DNA of 63,871 nucleotides, filler included, from Octopus bimaculoides (lineage: Eukaryota): NCBI RefSeq assembly GCF_001194135.2. It is 7 parts of 7 records of this genome, joined end to end, with 100 filler letters (N's around TTAATTAATTAA, not from the genome) between each part and the next. Parts side by side here need not be neighbours in the genome. Positions count along the whole stretch, not along the records: positions 50,108 to 58,820 come from NC_068992.1; positions 58,921 to 61,191 come from NC_068981.1; positions 61,292 to 62,436 come from NW_026332176.1; positions 62,537 to 63,871 come from NW_026313219.1; 3 more parts are not named here. One strand, given 5' to 3'. The notes beneath the pieces are model-generated. The model was not told the origin of the DNA. It worked only from the letters and a program-made list of their open reading frames with translations, and ran no database searches. Position numbers and translations under genes: made by a program. Of this stretch, positions 53,170 through 63,871 are shown piece after piece (positions within the stretch are counted from its first letter, which is position 1; each line of letters begins with the position of its first letter).

Positions 53170-53320
53170 ACAGGCTTCTTTCAATCTTTGTCTACCAAAT
53201 CCACTCACAAGGCTTTGGTCGGTTCAAAGATATATTAAATGACACTTGCCCAAAGTTTTACGCAATAGGGCTGAACTCGGAAGTACGTAGTATGGAAGTA
53301 GACTTCTTACCACACTGCCA
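52873..53320 (-). mobile_element. SINE family A, full-length diverged copy with expanded internal (CA)n
   Basis: Colinear reverse complement of 54991-55388; internal repeat at about 53065-53168. Confidence 0.85.
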
Positions 53321-53330
53321 ATTCTGTATA

Positions 53331-53850
53331 AGGACAAAGTCCGTCGTGCAACGCTTGGGTATTGAGCTGGTGGCATTATTTATTAGAAGCAGCTGGAGGT
53401 ATTTCCGCAATCGGCGTGTCTGTATGCCAAGTGAGGAGCTTAGTGGAGTAGAACGGGGTTGATTTGGCGGAGACTGGCCAAGGATAAGTAATGTGGAATT
53501 GGATGCAAAGCTATCGGCGAACGTGGAGGTCTTCTCCATAGGGGTTTTACTTACAAAGAAATCCTTGTTTAGGAGTGGAAAAGAGAACTCAGTGGAGATT
53601 CTTTTGATAGGAGACCAAAAGGATCAGCTAGTTTGGAAGGCGGGAAAGCTTGAGTGTCATGTGACACGAAAGACAACCAGTGCAAACTGGATAGTGGTCT
53701 TACACGAATTGCACTGCTAGGTGAATGCCTCATGGTTTGAAGGAATGAGCGAGATCCTCCAGGTGTTGTAGAAGTTATCTTTTGCTCGAACAGCTGCAGC
53801 ACAGTAGACCACTTAGGAGACTAGGGATGTTGAGGTTTCTTTGTATGTAA
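53331..53850 (-). mobile_element. Decayed CR1/Jockey-group LINE ORF2 fragment (endonuclease-RT linker)
   Basis: CAAAVRAKDNFYNTWR...NSCK...SFWSPIKRISTEFSFPLL...PMEKTSTFADSFASNSTL...IQTRRLRKYLQLL resembles the CAxAxxxK...FWS...EKAxLFAxxFASNSTL linker. Multiple stops. Confidence 0.7.
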
Positions 53851-54168
53851 GATGTGAATAGACATACATACATATACATATACATATACATACAACAAAA
53901 CTTTGTGTGTGTGTATGCGTACGTATGTGTGTGGGTGCGTATGTCAGGGGAGTGAAGGAACACACGTACATACACGCACATATATACATATTACCATGTG
54001 CCTATTATTTTATCTATTTATCTATCTATCTATCCATCTATCTATCTATCTATTTGTCTATCTGGTTGTGTGTGCGCGCGTGTGTGTTCACAGGCTTAGA
54101 AGCACATAGTTATTATGAATCCCATAATTCATTGAGGGTGTGAAAAAGAGCACACAACACTTTCAGCA

Positions 54169-54234
<66 letters not shown>

Positions 54235-54990
54235 CACACACACTCATGCACACGAAAAATATTGACACCCAGCTCTATCCATCCGTATGTGTTTGTGTGT
54301 GTGTGTATGTGTGTGTGTGTGTGTGTGAGTGTGTGTGTGCATGTTTGTGTGTCTGCGTGTATATATGTGTGTCTGTGTGTGTTTATAGGTATGTATGTAT
54401 GTATGTATATAAGATATTACCTCTTGATAATATTCGACTTTCATTAGATCACATTACATCTTAAAGTGAAAGCCATAAAAAACCTCAAAGTGAAATCTTA
54501 GGGTAAAGGAGATTTGCTAAAAGATGTACCCAAGTTGAATAGGAAACCGGGTGCTGACGATAACGTCAGCGGCGATGGGGTTGATAGTATTTTGTAGTAA
54601 CACAAAATGATACCCGCATTGATTGGGTAGGGTGGAAGGCAGTGACTGGGGTGTATATGAGTTTTAGGTTAATATAGTGCATGGGAGATTGACCGGGTGT
54701 TTTTGCTTGTTATTTATACGAGACACACCTGAGTCTTTCATTGGTGTCAGGTTTCATCAACGGAATTGCTTTCAGTCCTAGGTTAGGGTATGTTGATATC
54801 TCTTCATCCTCTCTGGTTTTTCTATTAATAAAAAAAAACAAAACAAAAAAAAAAACAACTTATATACCACAACGTATACCAAATCAATAACTATTTCAAA
54901 TTTCGGCACATTTTTCTCCAATTCAGTTTTGTCCGACGCTTTAACAATTTTGGCAGCTTGCTGCCTTAATGATGATAAAAATTTACAATA

Positions 54991-55388
54991 GGCGCAGGAG
55001 TGGCTGTGTGGTAAGTAGCTTGCTTACCAACCACATGGTTCCGGTTTCAGTCCCACTGCATGGCACCTTGGGCAAGTGTCTTCTACTATAGCCTCGGGCC
55101 GACCAAAGCCTTGTGAGTGGATTTGGTAGACGGAAACTGAAAGAAGCCCGTCGTATATATGTATATATATATATGTGTGTTTGTGTGTCTGTGTTTGTCC
55201 CCCCAACATCGCTTGACAACCGATGCTGGTGTGTTTAGGTCCCCGTAACGTAGCGGTTCGGCAAAAGAGACCGATAGAATAAGTACTAGGCTTACAAAGA
55301 ATAAGTCCTGGGGTAGATTTGCTCGACTAAAGGCGGTGCTCCAGCATGGCCGCATCAACTGACTGAAACAAGTAAAAGAGTAAAAGAG
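54991..55388 (+). mobile_element. SINE family A, full-length reference copy (tRNA-derived head)
   Basis: A-box-like TGGCTGTGTGG 55001-55011, B-box-like GGTTTCAGTCCC 55043-55054, internal (TA/TG)n, tail (AGTAAAAG)x2. Many homologous copies in the window. Confidence 0.9.
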
Positions 55389-55390
55389 AA

Positions 55391-56105
55391 TAGATACAAG
55401 GCTTGAAATTAAAAAAAGAGCTGGTGGGTTAGTCAATTACATCGATCTCAGTATTTGACTGATACTTTTCTTTTTATCGACCCAAAGGATAAAAAGGCAA
55501 AATGGATCTGTGTGGCATTTGAACCCTGAACGTAAAAACTGTCGAAATGCCGCTACGCATTATGTCCAGCGAGCTAAATATTCTGTCAGCTTGTCGCCTT
55601 AATAATAACGGTTTCAAATAAAGCCAGCATTTTTTTTTTGCGATGGCGGGGAGAAGCCTTAATAATTATTATAATAAACCTTTCTACTAAAAGGCACAAG
55701 GCCTGAAATTTGCGGGGAGGGAGCTAGGCGATTACATCGAACCCAGTGCTTCACTAGTACTTAATTTATCGACTTCGGAAGGATGAAAGGTAAAGTCGAC
55801 CTCAGCGGAATTTGAACTCAGAACGTAAAGACAGGTGAAATACTGCTTAGCATTTTGCCCATCGGTCTAATGGTTCTGCCAGCTCGCCGCCTTAACACGA
55901 TAATAATATTATTTCCTAACATAAGCCTAGTGCCAGGAATTTGTGAAGAGAAACAATCGATTATATCGACCTCAAGTACTTGATTGGTACTTTATTTTAT
56001 CGATCACAGAGGGTTGATTGGCAAAGTCGATCGTGGTGGAATTTGAACTCAGGAAGTAATTAAATACCAAAAGCGGTTTTGTTCTACGTTTCAACGATTC
56101 TACCA
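55391..56105 (-). mobile_element. SINE family B, three tandem copies (55391-55600, 55681-55893, about 55913-56105)
   Basis: Repeated reverse-complement matches separated by AAT-rich spacers. Confidence 0.85.
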
Positions 56106-56427
56106 AAATAGTATTATTGCTTAATGTCGTCTTGAATGGTCATAGTCTAATGTCTTTATCATAGGTCTTGTCGACCACGACTGACCACTTGCAATGAAAC
56201 AACAACAACAACAGCTGTAGCAGCTGCAGTAACAATACACACTTGATTCCCAAGTGTGTATGGTTTAGTAATAAGTACCATGCTTTCGCTAATTCTTTTA
56301 GGTGACTGTGTAGCTGCCAGTAGACATAAACACTCTCTTGGCCTTCTCCCTCTCTTGATTCTAGGGAACATTCTGGAGAGTGGGCGACAGCAGCAATGCC
56401 AGTTTGTGACTAATTTTCAGCTGACTG

Positions 56428-56545
56428 GACTGGAAGAACGTGAAATGAAAGGCCTTGTCTAAAAGCACAGCGAGCTACCCGGTCCTGGAATCGAACCTAC
56501 AACCTATTGATCATAATCCCGAGTCTTTAAATTCTGGGCCACTAG
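56428..56545 (-). mobile_element. SINE family C head fragment
   Basis: cagctgactggactggaagaacgtgaaatgaaaggccttgtct...ggaatcgaacc; uninterrupted counterpart of the 36658/37097 junction. Confidence 0.6.
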
Positions 56546-56734
56546 CGTTCACAGAAGAGCTTCGCCCGAAACATTAGATATTTCTCTCATAAAAGACATA
56601 AGAATTTAAATTGAAAAAATTTTAACTAAGCAAAGGAACATACGTACATACATGCATACATACATACATACATACATATGTGTATGTGAGAGAGAGAGAG
56701 AATATGTATGTGTGTGTGTGTGAGTGTGTGTGTA

Positions 56735-56771
<37 letters not shown>

Positions 56772-57110
56772 GAGTGTGTGTGTACCTATATATTCTCTTG
56801 TCAATTGGCGGTGCTCAGTGAAGCACGATCACAGTGGAAAGTGTCCAAACCACAGCAATTATTGTCGGAAGCGAAGCGAGGTAAATGTAAAGTTTAGCTA
56901 GAATATTGGACATAGGGCTGAAAAGTGTTTTGAAGTGGGTGGGGGGTTGTCATCAATAATCAACGACTCCAAGGATTACAACCAGTCAGCTGAAACGGAA
57001 GAAAATCTGATTAGCCATGATATCTAGTTGAAGATAATTCACTGCTTATCACCTCAAGCCAAAATATTCTTTGCCATAAAAAAAAAAAGATAATAATAAT
57101 AATAATAATA

Positions 57111-57557
57111 ATCCTTTCTACTATAGGCACAAGACCTGAAATTTCGGGGGAGGAGGTAAGTCGATTACATCGACTCCAGAGCTCAACTGGTACTTATTTT
57201 ATCGACCCCCAGAAAGGATGAAAGTCAAAGTCGACCTCGGCGGAATTTGAACTCAGAACGTAAAAACGGGTGAAATACTGCTAAACATTTCGTCCAACGT
57301 GCTGACGATTCTGCCAGCCCGCCGCCTAATAATAGCAATAATGGTTTCAAATCTTGCTACAAGGGCAACAATTTGGGAGGAGGGGGGATGAGTCGATTAC
57401 ATCGACCCTAGTACTCAACTGGTACTTAATTTATCGACTCCGAAAGGATGAAAGGTAAAGTCGGCCTCACCAAAATTTGAATTCAGAACATAGCAATGGG
57501 CGAAACACCGCTAAGCATTTCGTGCAGCGGGTTGACGGTTCTGCAAGCTCGCCGCCT
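57111..57557 (-). mobile_element. SINE family B, head-to-tail pair (57111-57327, 57343-57557)
   Basis: Two near-complete copies, both ending gccgcct-aat. Confidence 0.9.
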
Positions 57558-58447
57558 AATGATGATAACGGTACCAAAGGTCAAGGCCAAAGGTCAAGAC
57601 CAAAGGCAGCAGCAGCGGCAACGGGGGAGGGGAAGGAGATGAGAAGAGAGACATAATGCTACTAAGAACAACGACACACACAAATACAGACGCAAATATA
57701 AGGATACACATCATGGAAGAACAGAATGGAATAAATTTAGTAGGAACACACACGAGGACAGAAAGTGTCGCTGAAGAGGTTATAGATGTCTGACTAAAGA
57801 TTTCCGGACAACACAACGAACAGGAGTTAAAATAAGAACAGTAATAAACGAGAGAAGAACGAATATACTGTGAATGTGTTTATTTGGCAAAAAGAAAATG
57901 ACCACCCCCGAAACACAATATTTGTTTCAACACCCGTTTTCACATCAGGAATTTTGCAACACAAATTTGTAAACGTGCATGTAGTTTTTGAACAACTAGA
58001 CGTAAATTTTGTTGGACTTAAAGCTATAGTTCTTAGCATAACAGTCACAGAAATGCAAGAAGTCAATTAAATTATCCTGTGATCCTTAATTTATCGAATC
58101 CGAAAGAATGAGAGGCGAAGTCGACCTCGGCAGAATTTGGACTCTGAACGTAAAGACAGACGAAATACCGCTAAGCATTTCGCCCGGCCTGCTAACGATT
58201 CCAATAAGCTCTGTCTCTGGTTCATTCGTCAGTTTCTCTAACTGTATAGGTGTATGGTGTAAGTGTCTGTGTGTATGCACGCAAAGGTTTACTTATGTGT
58301 GTCTGTTCGAATGTGTGTGAGAGTATGTGTATGTGTGTATTATCTAGTGTGTGATATATGTATGTACGGTTGTATATTTTTTTAGTGAGTGTGTGAAGCT
58401 TTAGTATTGAGAGTGAGTAGTTTTATGCTTATGTGAGTAAATGTGTC

Positions 58448-58451
<4 letters not shown>

Positions 58452-58536
<85 letters not shown>

Positions 58537-58628
58537 ATAAGTTTGTAGCTTTTTGTGTGCATATCTGTGCTCTTCGTATTATCTACTACTACTACTACTA
58601 CTATTACTACTACTACTACTACTACTAT

Positions 58629-58660
<32 letters not shown>

Positions 58661-58687
58661 TTATTATTATTATTATTATTATTATTA
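58452..58687. repeat. (GT)n 58452-58534 and (CTA/TTA)n 58583-58687
   Basis: Directly visible. Confidence 0.95.
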
Positions 58688-59987
58688 AAGCAACAGCTTT
58701 ATGTTCTGTGTTCAAATTCCGCCAAGGTTGACTTTGCCTTTCATCCTTTCGGAATTGATAAAATAAGTACAAGCTGGACACTGGAGTCGATGTAATCGGT
58801 TTACCCCACCTCTCTCGCATNNNNNNNNNNNNNNNNNNNNNNNNNNNNNNNNNNNNNNNNNNNNTTAATTAATTAANNNNNNNNNNNNNNNNNNNNNNNN
58901 NNNNNNNNNNNNNNNNNNNNTGAAAGGATAAATAGATTAAGTCGACGTCGGTGGAATTTCATCTGAGAATATAATAAACCGGAAGAAATATCACAAAGCA
59001 TTTTGCTCTGTTGGCTCACTTTAATGAGTTTTGTATTACTTAAGAACAAGGCCAGCAGTTTTGAAGGAAAGAGGAACAGTCGGCCTTTGTACTTGACTTG
59101 TACATTATTTTATCAACTCTGAACTGATGAAAGGTTATGTTTACCCCAGCGTGATTTGAAATCAGAGAGGAAAGAGTTGAAAAAAAAAAGAAAAAACACT
59201 GCAAAGCATTTTCTCCGATACTCTAACGATTCTGGGGTGTTGGATGAACGAACTCTACAAAGGCAGGTTACATAAAGTTTAATGGTATATACAGAAATCG
59301 AATGAAGTGAACAAAAAGAAAACAATACAAAATTATATATAGTATAAAATAAATGTTGTCACACTTTTACTGCTACAGAAGTATCAGCAACTAGAGCCAT
59401 TCAAGGAATGTCATTGGTCCAGGATCTCCCTGACCACCAAAAGCAAGTGCTCTCTTCCAACAATCATTTTCCGACTTACGGATGCATATTGAAAGTAAGC
59501 GCATCTCAAGTCGTTGCCCCAGCATGACCGCAGTCTAATGGCTGAAACAAGTAAAAAGATAAAAGGTAAAGGAGATATATTCTTGTCACATTCGTCAGTC
59601 TCCCACCTCATAATATATTTACTGAAGAATAATTTCCTGTCGGCCCTTAACTTCTTTTCTGAGTGGAACTTGAAAAAGTCAGCGAGAGGAGACTGAAGAT
59701 TAACATTGTTGTAGTGTACCAGAGAACATATCTTAAGATTTATTAACCAATCCTCTGTGTTACGACGGATGTAAACACTATATCTGCTCGATACGTCGGT
59801 GGATAGAAAAGCAGGAACAACTTTATAGGCACGTTTCAATCTTAGTCGAGACCGTCGTCAACATTTGTGCACAAATGGTCCTATATTGAGCACTGAGTCG
59901 TCGTAACGACGCATCTCTCCCCGACCATTGCTGGACTTGTGCCAAAATTTGAAACATCTGAAAATTATTATTATTGTATAAAATTTG

Positions 59988-60200
59988 AAGGCGGCGAGCT
60001 GACAGGCTAGTTAGCACGCAGAACGTAATGCTTATCGGCATTTCGTCAATCTTTACGTTCTGAGTTCAATTTCCGACAAGGTCGACTTTGCCTTTAATTC
60101 TTTCGGGATCGATAAAATAAGTACCAATTGATCACCGGTGTCGATGTAATCGACTAGCCCTCACCTCGAAAATTACAGGCCTTGTGTCTATAGTTGAAAG
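59988..60200 (+). mobile_element. SINE family B
   Basis: Colinear with 60866-61080. Confidence 0.85.
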
Positions 60201-60865
60201 ATTTATATAAAGCCACTTTCTCTCTCTCTTTCTTTCTCTTATGTGCTCACAAACACACACAAACGCCCAATCATACAAAACGGACAATTTCATAAATGCT
60301 CTTTGGGTAAGTGCTGCCTATTTAGAGAGAAAATATGTCGATCTTGCAAAGTGCAACGAAAACTTGATCCTACTTCACACGCTGGCTGCGACAATCTACA
60401 TTGTCTCTTAAGAGAAAGCAAAAACAGCAACAACAACAAAAAAAAAAACAAAACAAACGCATATTTAATGAACTCTACAAATAGCTTTTGGTGCGTAGCA
60501 TATCGGATCACATAGCTTTAACATATTTCTTTGAATAAAAAATATACCTTCATTTATAATTTTCTTTAATGGTATTAGCATCAATAAAATTTGCTATCAA
60601 GATTAAAATTGTCAGCAACCAGTAAAAAAAAAATCTCCTTTCTTGACTTTAATAGAAGCGTTGTCAGCTTTGTTAGACATTAGCTATTCACAAAACTCTG
60701 TTGATGATAAATGACATAATGTAGATCATCAGAAATGAATGAAATAACATTAGGATAACGTTTGTCTTGTCAAGAGAAAGGTTCTGCATTTTACTTCGTA
60801 TGTAATCTATCCTTTTCTAGTACGTTCTTAGAATGGCAATGTTTCATGCATATCTTTTTGTCTTT

Positions 60866-61080
60866 AAGGCGGCGAGCTGGCAGAAACGTTAGTACGCCGG
60901 GCGAAATGCTTAACGGTATTTCGCCTGTCTATACGTTCTGAGTTCAAATTCCGCCGAGGTCGACTTTGCCTTTCATCATTTCGGGGTCGATAAATTAAGT
61001 ACCAGTAGCGTACTGGGGTCGATCTAATCGACTGGCCGCCTCGCAGCAAATTTCGAGCCTGGTGCTTAGAGTAGAAAAGA
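60866..61080 (+). mobile_element. SINE family B, full-length reference copy (tRNA-like head)
   Basis: A-box-like TGGCAGAAACG, B-box-like GAGTTCAAATTCC, core gactttgcctttcatc.tttcggggtcgataaattaagtaccag, tail gagtagaaaaga. Confidence 0.9.
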
Positions 61081-61084
61081 TATA

Positions 61085-61348
61085 TTTTATTTATTTCACT
61101 CATTGGACTACGACCATGCTGGGCTACTGCCTTGTAGGGTTTTAGTCGAACAAATTGAACCATTGTATATATATATTTTTTTAAGCCAGGTNNNNNNNNN
61201 NNNNNNNNNNNNNNNNNNNNNNNNNNNNNNNNNNNTTAATTAATTAANNNNNNNNNNNNNNNNNNNNNNNNNNNNNNNNNNNNNNNNNNNNGGTTGTCAA
61301 GCGATGGTGGGGGGACAAACACAGACACACAAACACACATACATATAC

Positions 61349-61391
<43 letters not shown>

Positions 61392-61549
61392 TATGACGGG
61401 CTTCTTTCAGTTTCCGTCTACCAAATCCACTCACAAGGCTTTGGTCGGCCCGAGGCTATAGTAGAAGACACTTGCCCAAGGTGCCACGCAGTGGGACTGA
61501 ACCCAGAACCATGTGGCTGCTAAGCAAGCTACTTACCACACAGCCACTC
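61085..61549 (-). mobile_element. SINE family A spanning a gap
   Basis: Tail at 61085-61190 and head at 61292-61549 match family A. Confidence 0.85.
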
Positions 61550-61557
61550 CTTATGAT

Positions 61558-61591
<34 letters not shown>

Positions 61592-61896
61592 GCTGTTGTG
61601 TATGACATCGTTCAGTTTCCGTCTTTGAAATCCTCTCCTACGGCTTTAGTCGGCCCGAGGCTAGAGTAGAAAGAAGACACTTGCCCAAGATGCTTTTTCT
61701 CGTCGTGGTGGTGGTGGTGGTGGTGGTCGTCGCTGGCGCTGCCGCTTGTGGCACTAAGTACATGTTCGTGACGAGATAAGGTGCAAAGACGTGACGCGGG
61801 CAAATTGCGCCGATGGTTATCAAGGTCTCCTGATTTACAGCGGTCTGATGAGATAGATTGATAGACGGCAGAAGATGGACAGATACGCTCACAACA

Positions 61897-61959
<63 letters not shown>

Positions 61960-62086
61960 ACCAAACATACATGTACATATATATGTCAACACATACATAC
62001 ATACGCATATGCATACATACATATATACATACACGGATATATCAGGACGAACGCACAGACAAGCACACAAATACATAAAAACAGAC

Positions 62087-62129
<43 letters not shown>

Positions 62130-62255
62130 TGTGTATGTGGGCATGTGTGTTTATGCATGTGTTTATGTATAGGTATATGTATATACAATGTATATAATGA
62201 TATATATGTGTATATCAATACACGAGTATATGTACATATATACATACATACATAC

Positions 62256-62336
<81 letters not shown>

Positions 62337-62370
62337 GTACATTTTAAAAAATAACGTCGACCACTAACGT

Positions 62371-62436
62371 GGACAATTAATGCGCTAGAAATAGATCACA
62401 TCTTGTGTCTATTAAGACCTAGCGCATTAATTGTCC
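62371..62436. repeat. Perfect 18-bp inverted repeat running into a gap
   Basis: GGACAATTAATGCGCTAG (62371-88) / CTAGCGCATTAATTGTCC (62419-36), with further pairing inside (aataga..caca/tgtg..tctatt). Confidence 0.9.
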
Positions 62437-63494
62437 NNNNNNNNNNNNNNNNNNNNNNNNNNNNNNNNNNNNNNNNNNNNTTAATTAATTAANNNNNNNN
62501 NNNNNNNNNNNNNNNNNNNNNNNNNNNNNNNNNNNNTATATATACGTATACTGGAGTGTTCCCCATTGTATAAGCATTAGGACTTGGCTTTGCTGTCATA
62601 TCTAGAACTTGTAGTCACAACGTAGGTATCCAGGGGGTTTAATGTGATAATACACGCAGTGCTGCTGCTGATAACACCTTAGAACAGCTCTGAGCAAACT
62701 GTGATGGTAAACGGTGAACATCTGATGTATTTTCCCTGTAATATGTCTATTACAATATAATTTACAGTATCGTACATTAGATATTATGTAGTGTGATGTG
62801 CTAGAGATTGGCTTTCATTTCTCGTTAGACCACGTGCTTAGTTTCATGATCGTGTTAGTCATAGCCTATCGTAACAGTGGAGTACCGAGTTCAAATCACA
62901 CTTTTTGCATCTACCCATACGTCTAGCTATTAGCAGCACGATGATAAATTAAACCCCAATAATGAGAAATCGCTTCAGATCAGCTAAACGGAGAAGGCAG
63001 CAAAAACTGAGCTATTGAATGGAAACTCAACATGTTAGTATATCATATGACACGTCGTTCCCACTCTTAATATATTGAATATTATTTTCAACAGATTTGT
63101 TACACGAATCTGCTTGAATTGGAGATAACAGATGGAATTACTTGAATAATATATCTTGTTTACATACAATTGTTGCAAGTAGTCAAGTGGAAACGTATTA
63201 TATATCTAAATTGTTTGGTTGCACATGAGTATTATGAAAATGTCAATCAAGTACAACGGTTTGTTTAACTGCTGCTTTTGAGAGACTTCAGAGAGTTGCT
63301 GTTATGTATATTTTAGTCATTACAATAATTTTCCGAAATTATTACAACGATAGCATAACAAGATACTTTAATTAACTCCCAACATGAAAACTTATAAATG
63401 ATACCACGGGAGATAATTTCTTCTTAATAGCGTCTACTCTTCTTTGGTGTTCATTTATATAGGATTCTATTTCTTTTTTCCCCGTCAAGATGTA

Positions 63495-63518
63495 TGCATG
63501 TATGTATGAATGTGTGTG

Positions 63519-63558
<40 letters not shown>

Positions 63559-63669
63559 TGTGTGTGTATGTGTGTTTATGTATGTCAGTACGTTATGTAT
63601 GTATTTTTATAAAGATAGAGGGAGGTGTGTATGTATATATATATGTATATGTATATGTATGTATATACA

Positions 63670-63740
<71 letters not shown>

Positions 63741-63834
63741 ATATATATATATATGAATATACATGAATACGTATGTATGGATAACATGGATATGTATATT
63801 TATATATATGTACACATATAAACATATGTACATA

Positions 63835-63871
<37 letters not shown>
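63495..63871. repeat. (TG)n, (TCTA)n and (TA)n microsatellite cluster
   Basis: Directly visible. Confidence 0.9.

Noticed and set aside
54991-55060. tRNA-like A/B boxes here and at 35262, 37200 and 60866
   Set aside because: No complete cloverleaf is evident and each continues into a SINE body, so these are SINE heads, not tRNA genes.
56552-56572. CAGAAGA-GCTTCGCCC-GAAAC hammerhead-like string
   Set aside because: Core mutated, stem II incomplete, and no stem I or III.
61696-61844. GC-rich stretch with a minus-strand acceptor and two open frames
   Set aside because: Runs into (ACC)n and a SINE A fragment without a donor site; the peptide is unrecognised.

Overview
AT-rich, microsatellite-saturated animal DNA; about 9% is N gaps, and six gaps carry an artificial TTAATTAATTAA linker. 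The repeat families and composition suggest an octopus (coleoid) genome; this is inference, not tested. I found no intact protein-coding gene, rRNA, true tRNA or CRISPR array, so the window reads as intergenic or large-intron sequence. It holds dozens of tRNA-headed SINE copies (two main families, here A and B, plus minor ones). It also holds decayed fragments of a DD37D (maT) Tc1/mariner transposase, a Penelope-like RT, L1/Tx1, CR1/L2-like and R4/Dong-like non-LTR elements, a TA-flanked MITE and a DINE-1/HINE-like element. The best signal is a set of short (about 150-230 bp) microsatellite-flanked repeats that each carry a type I hammerhead-ribozyme fold: 14.63 kb (+), 18.83 kb (-), 19.36 kb (+) and a decayed copy at 50.73 kb. 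These may be Penelope pseudo-LTR or retrozyme-like elements, and one lineage has a non-canonical CUGUUGA core. Several long hairpins (22.1, 33.45 and 62.4 kb) are also unexplained. All alignments and folds were made by eye, and element boundaries are approximate.
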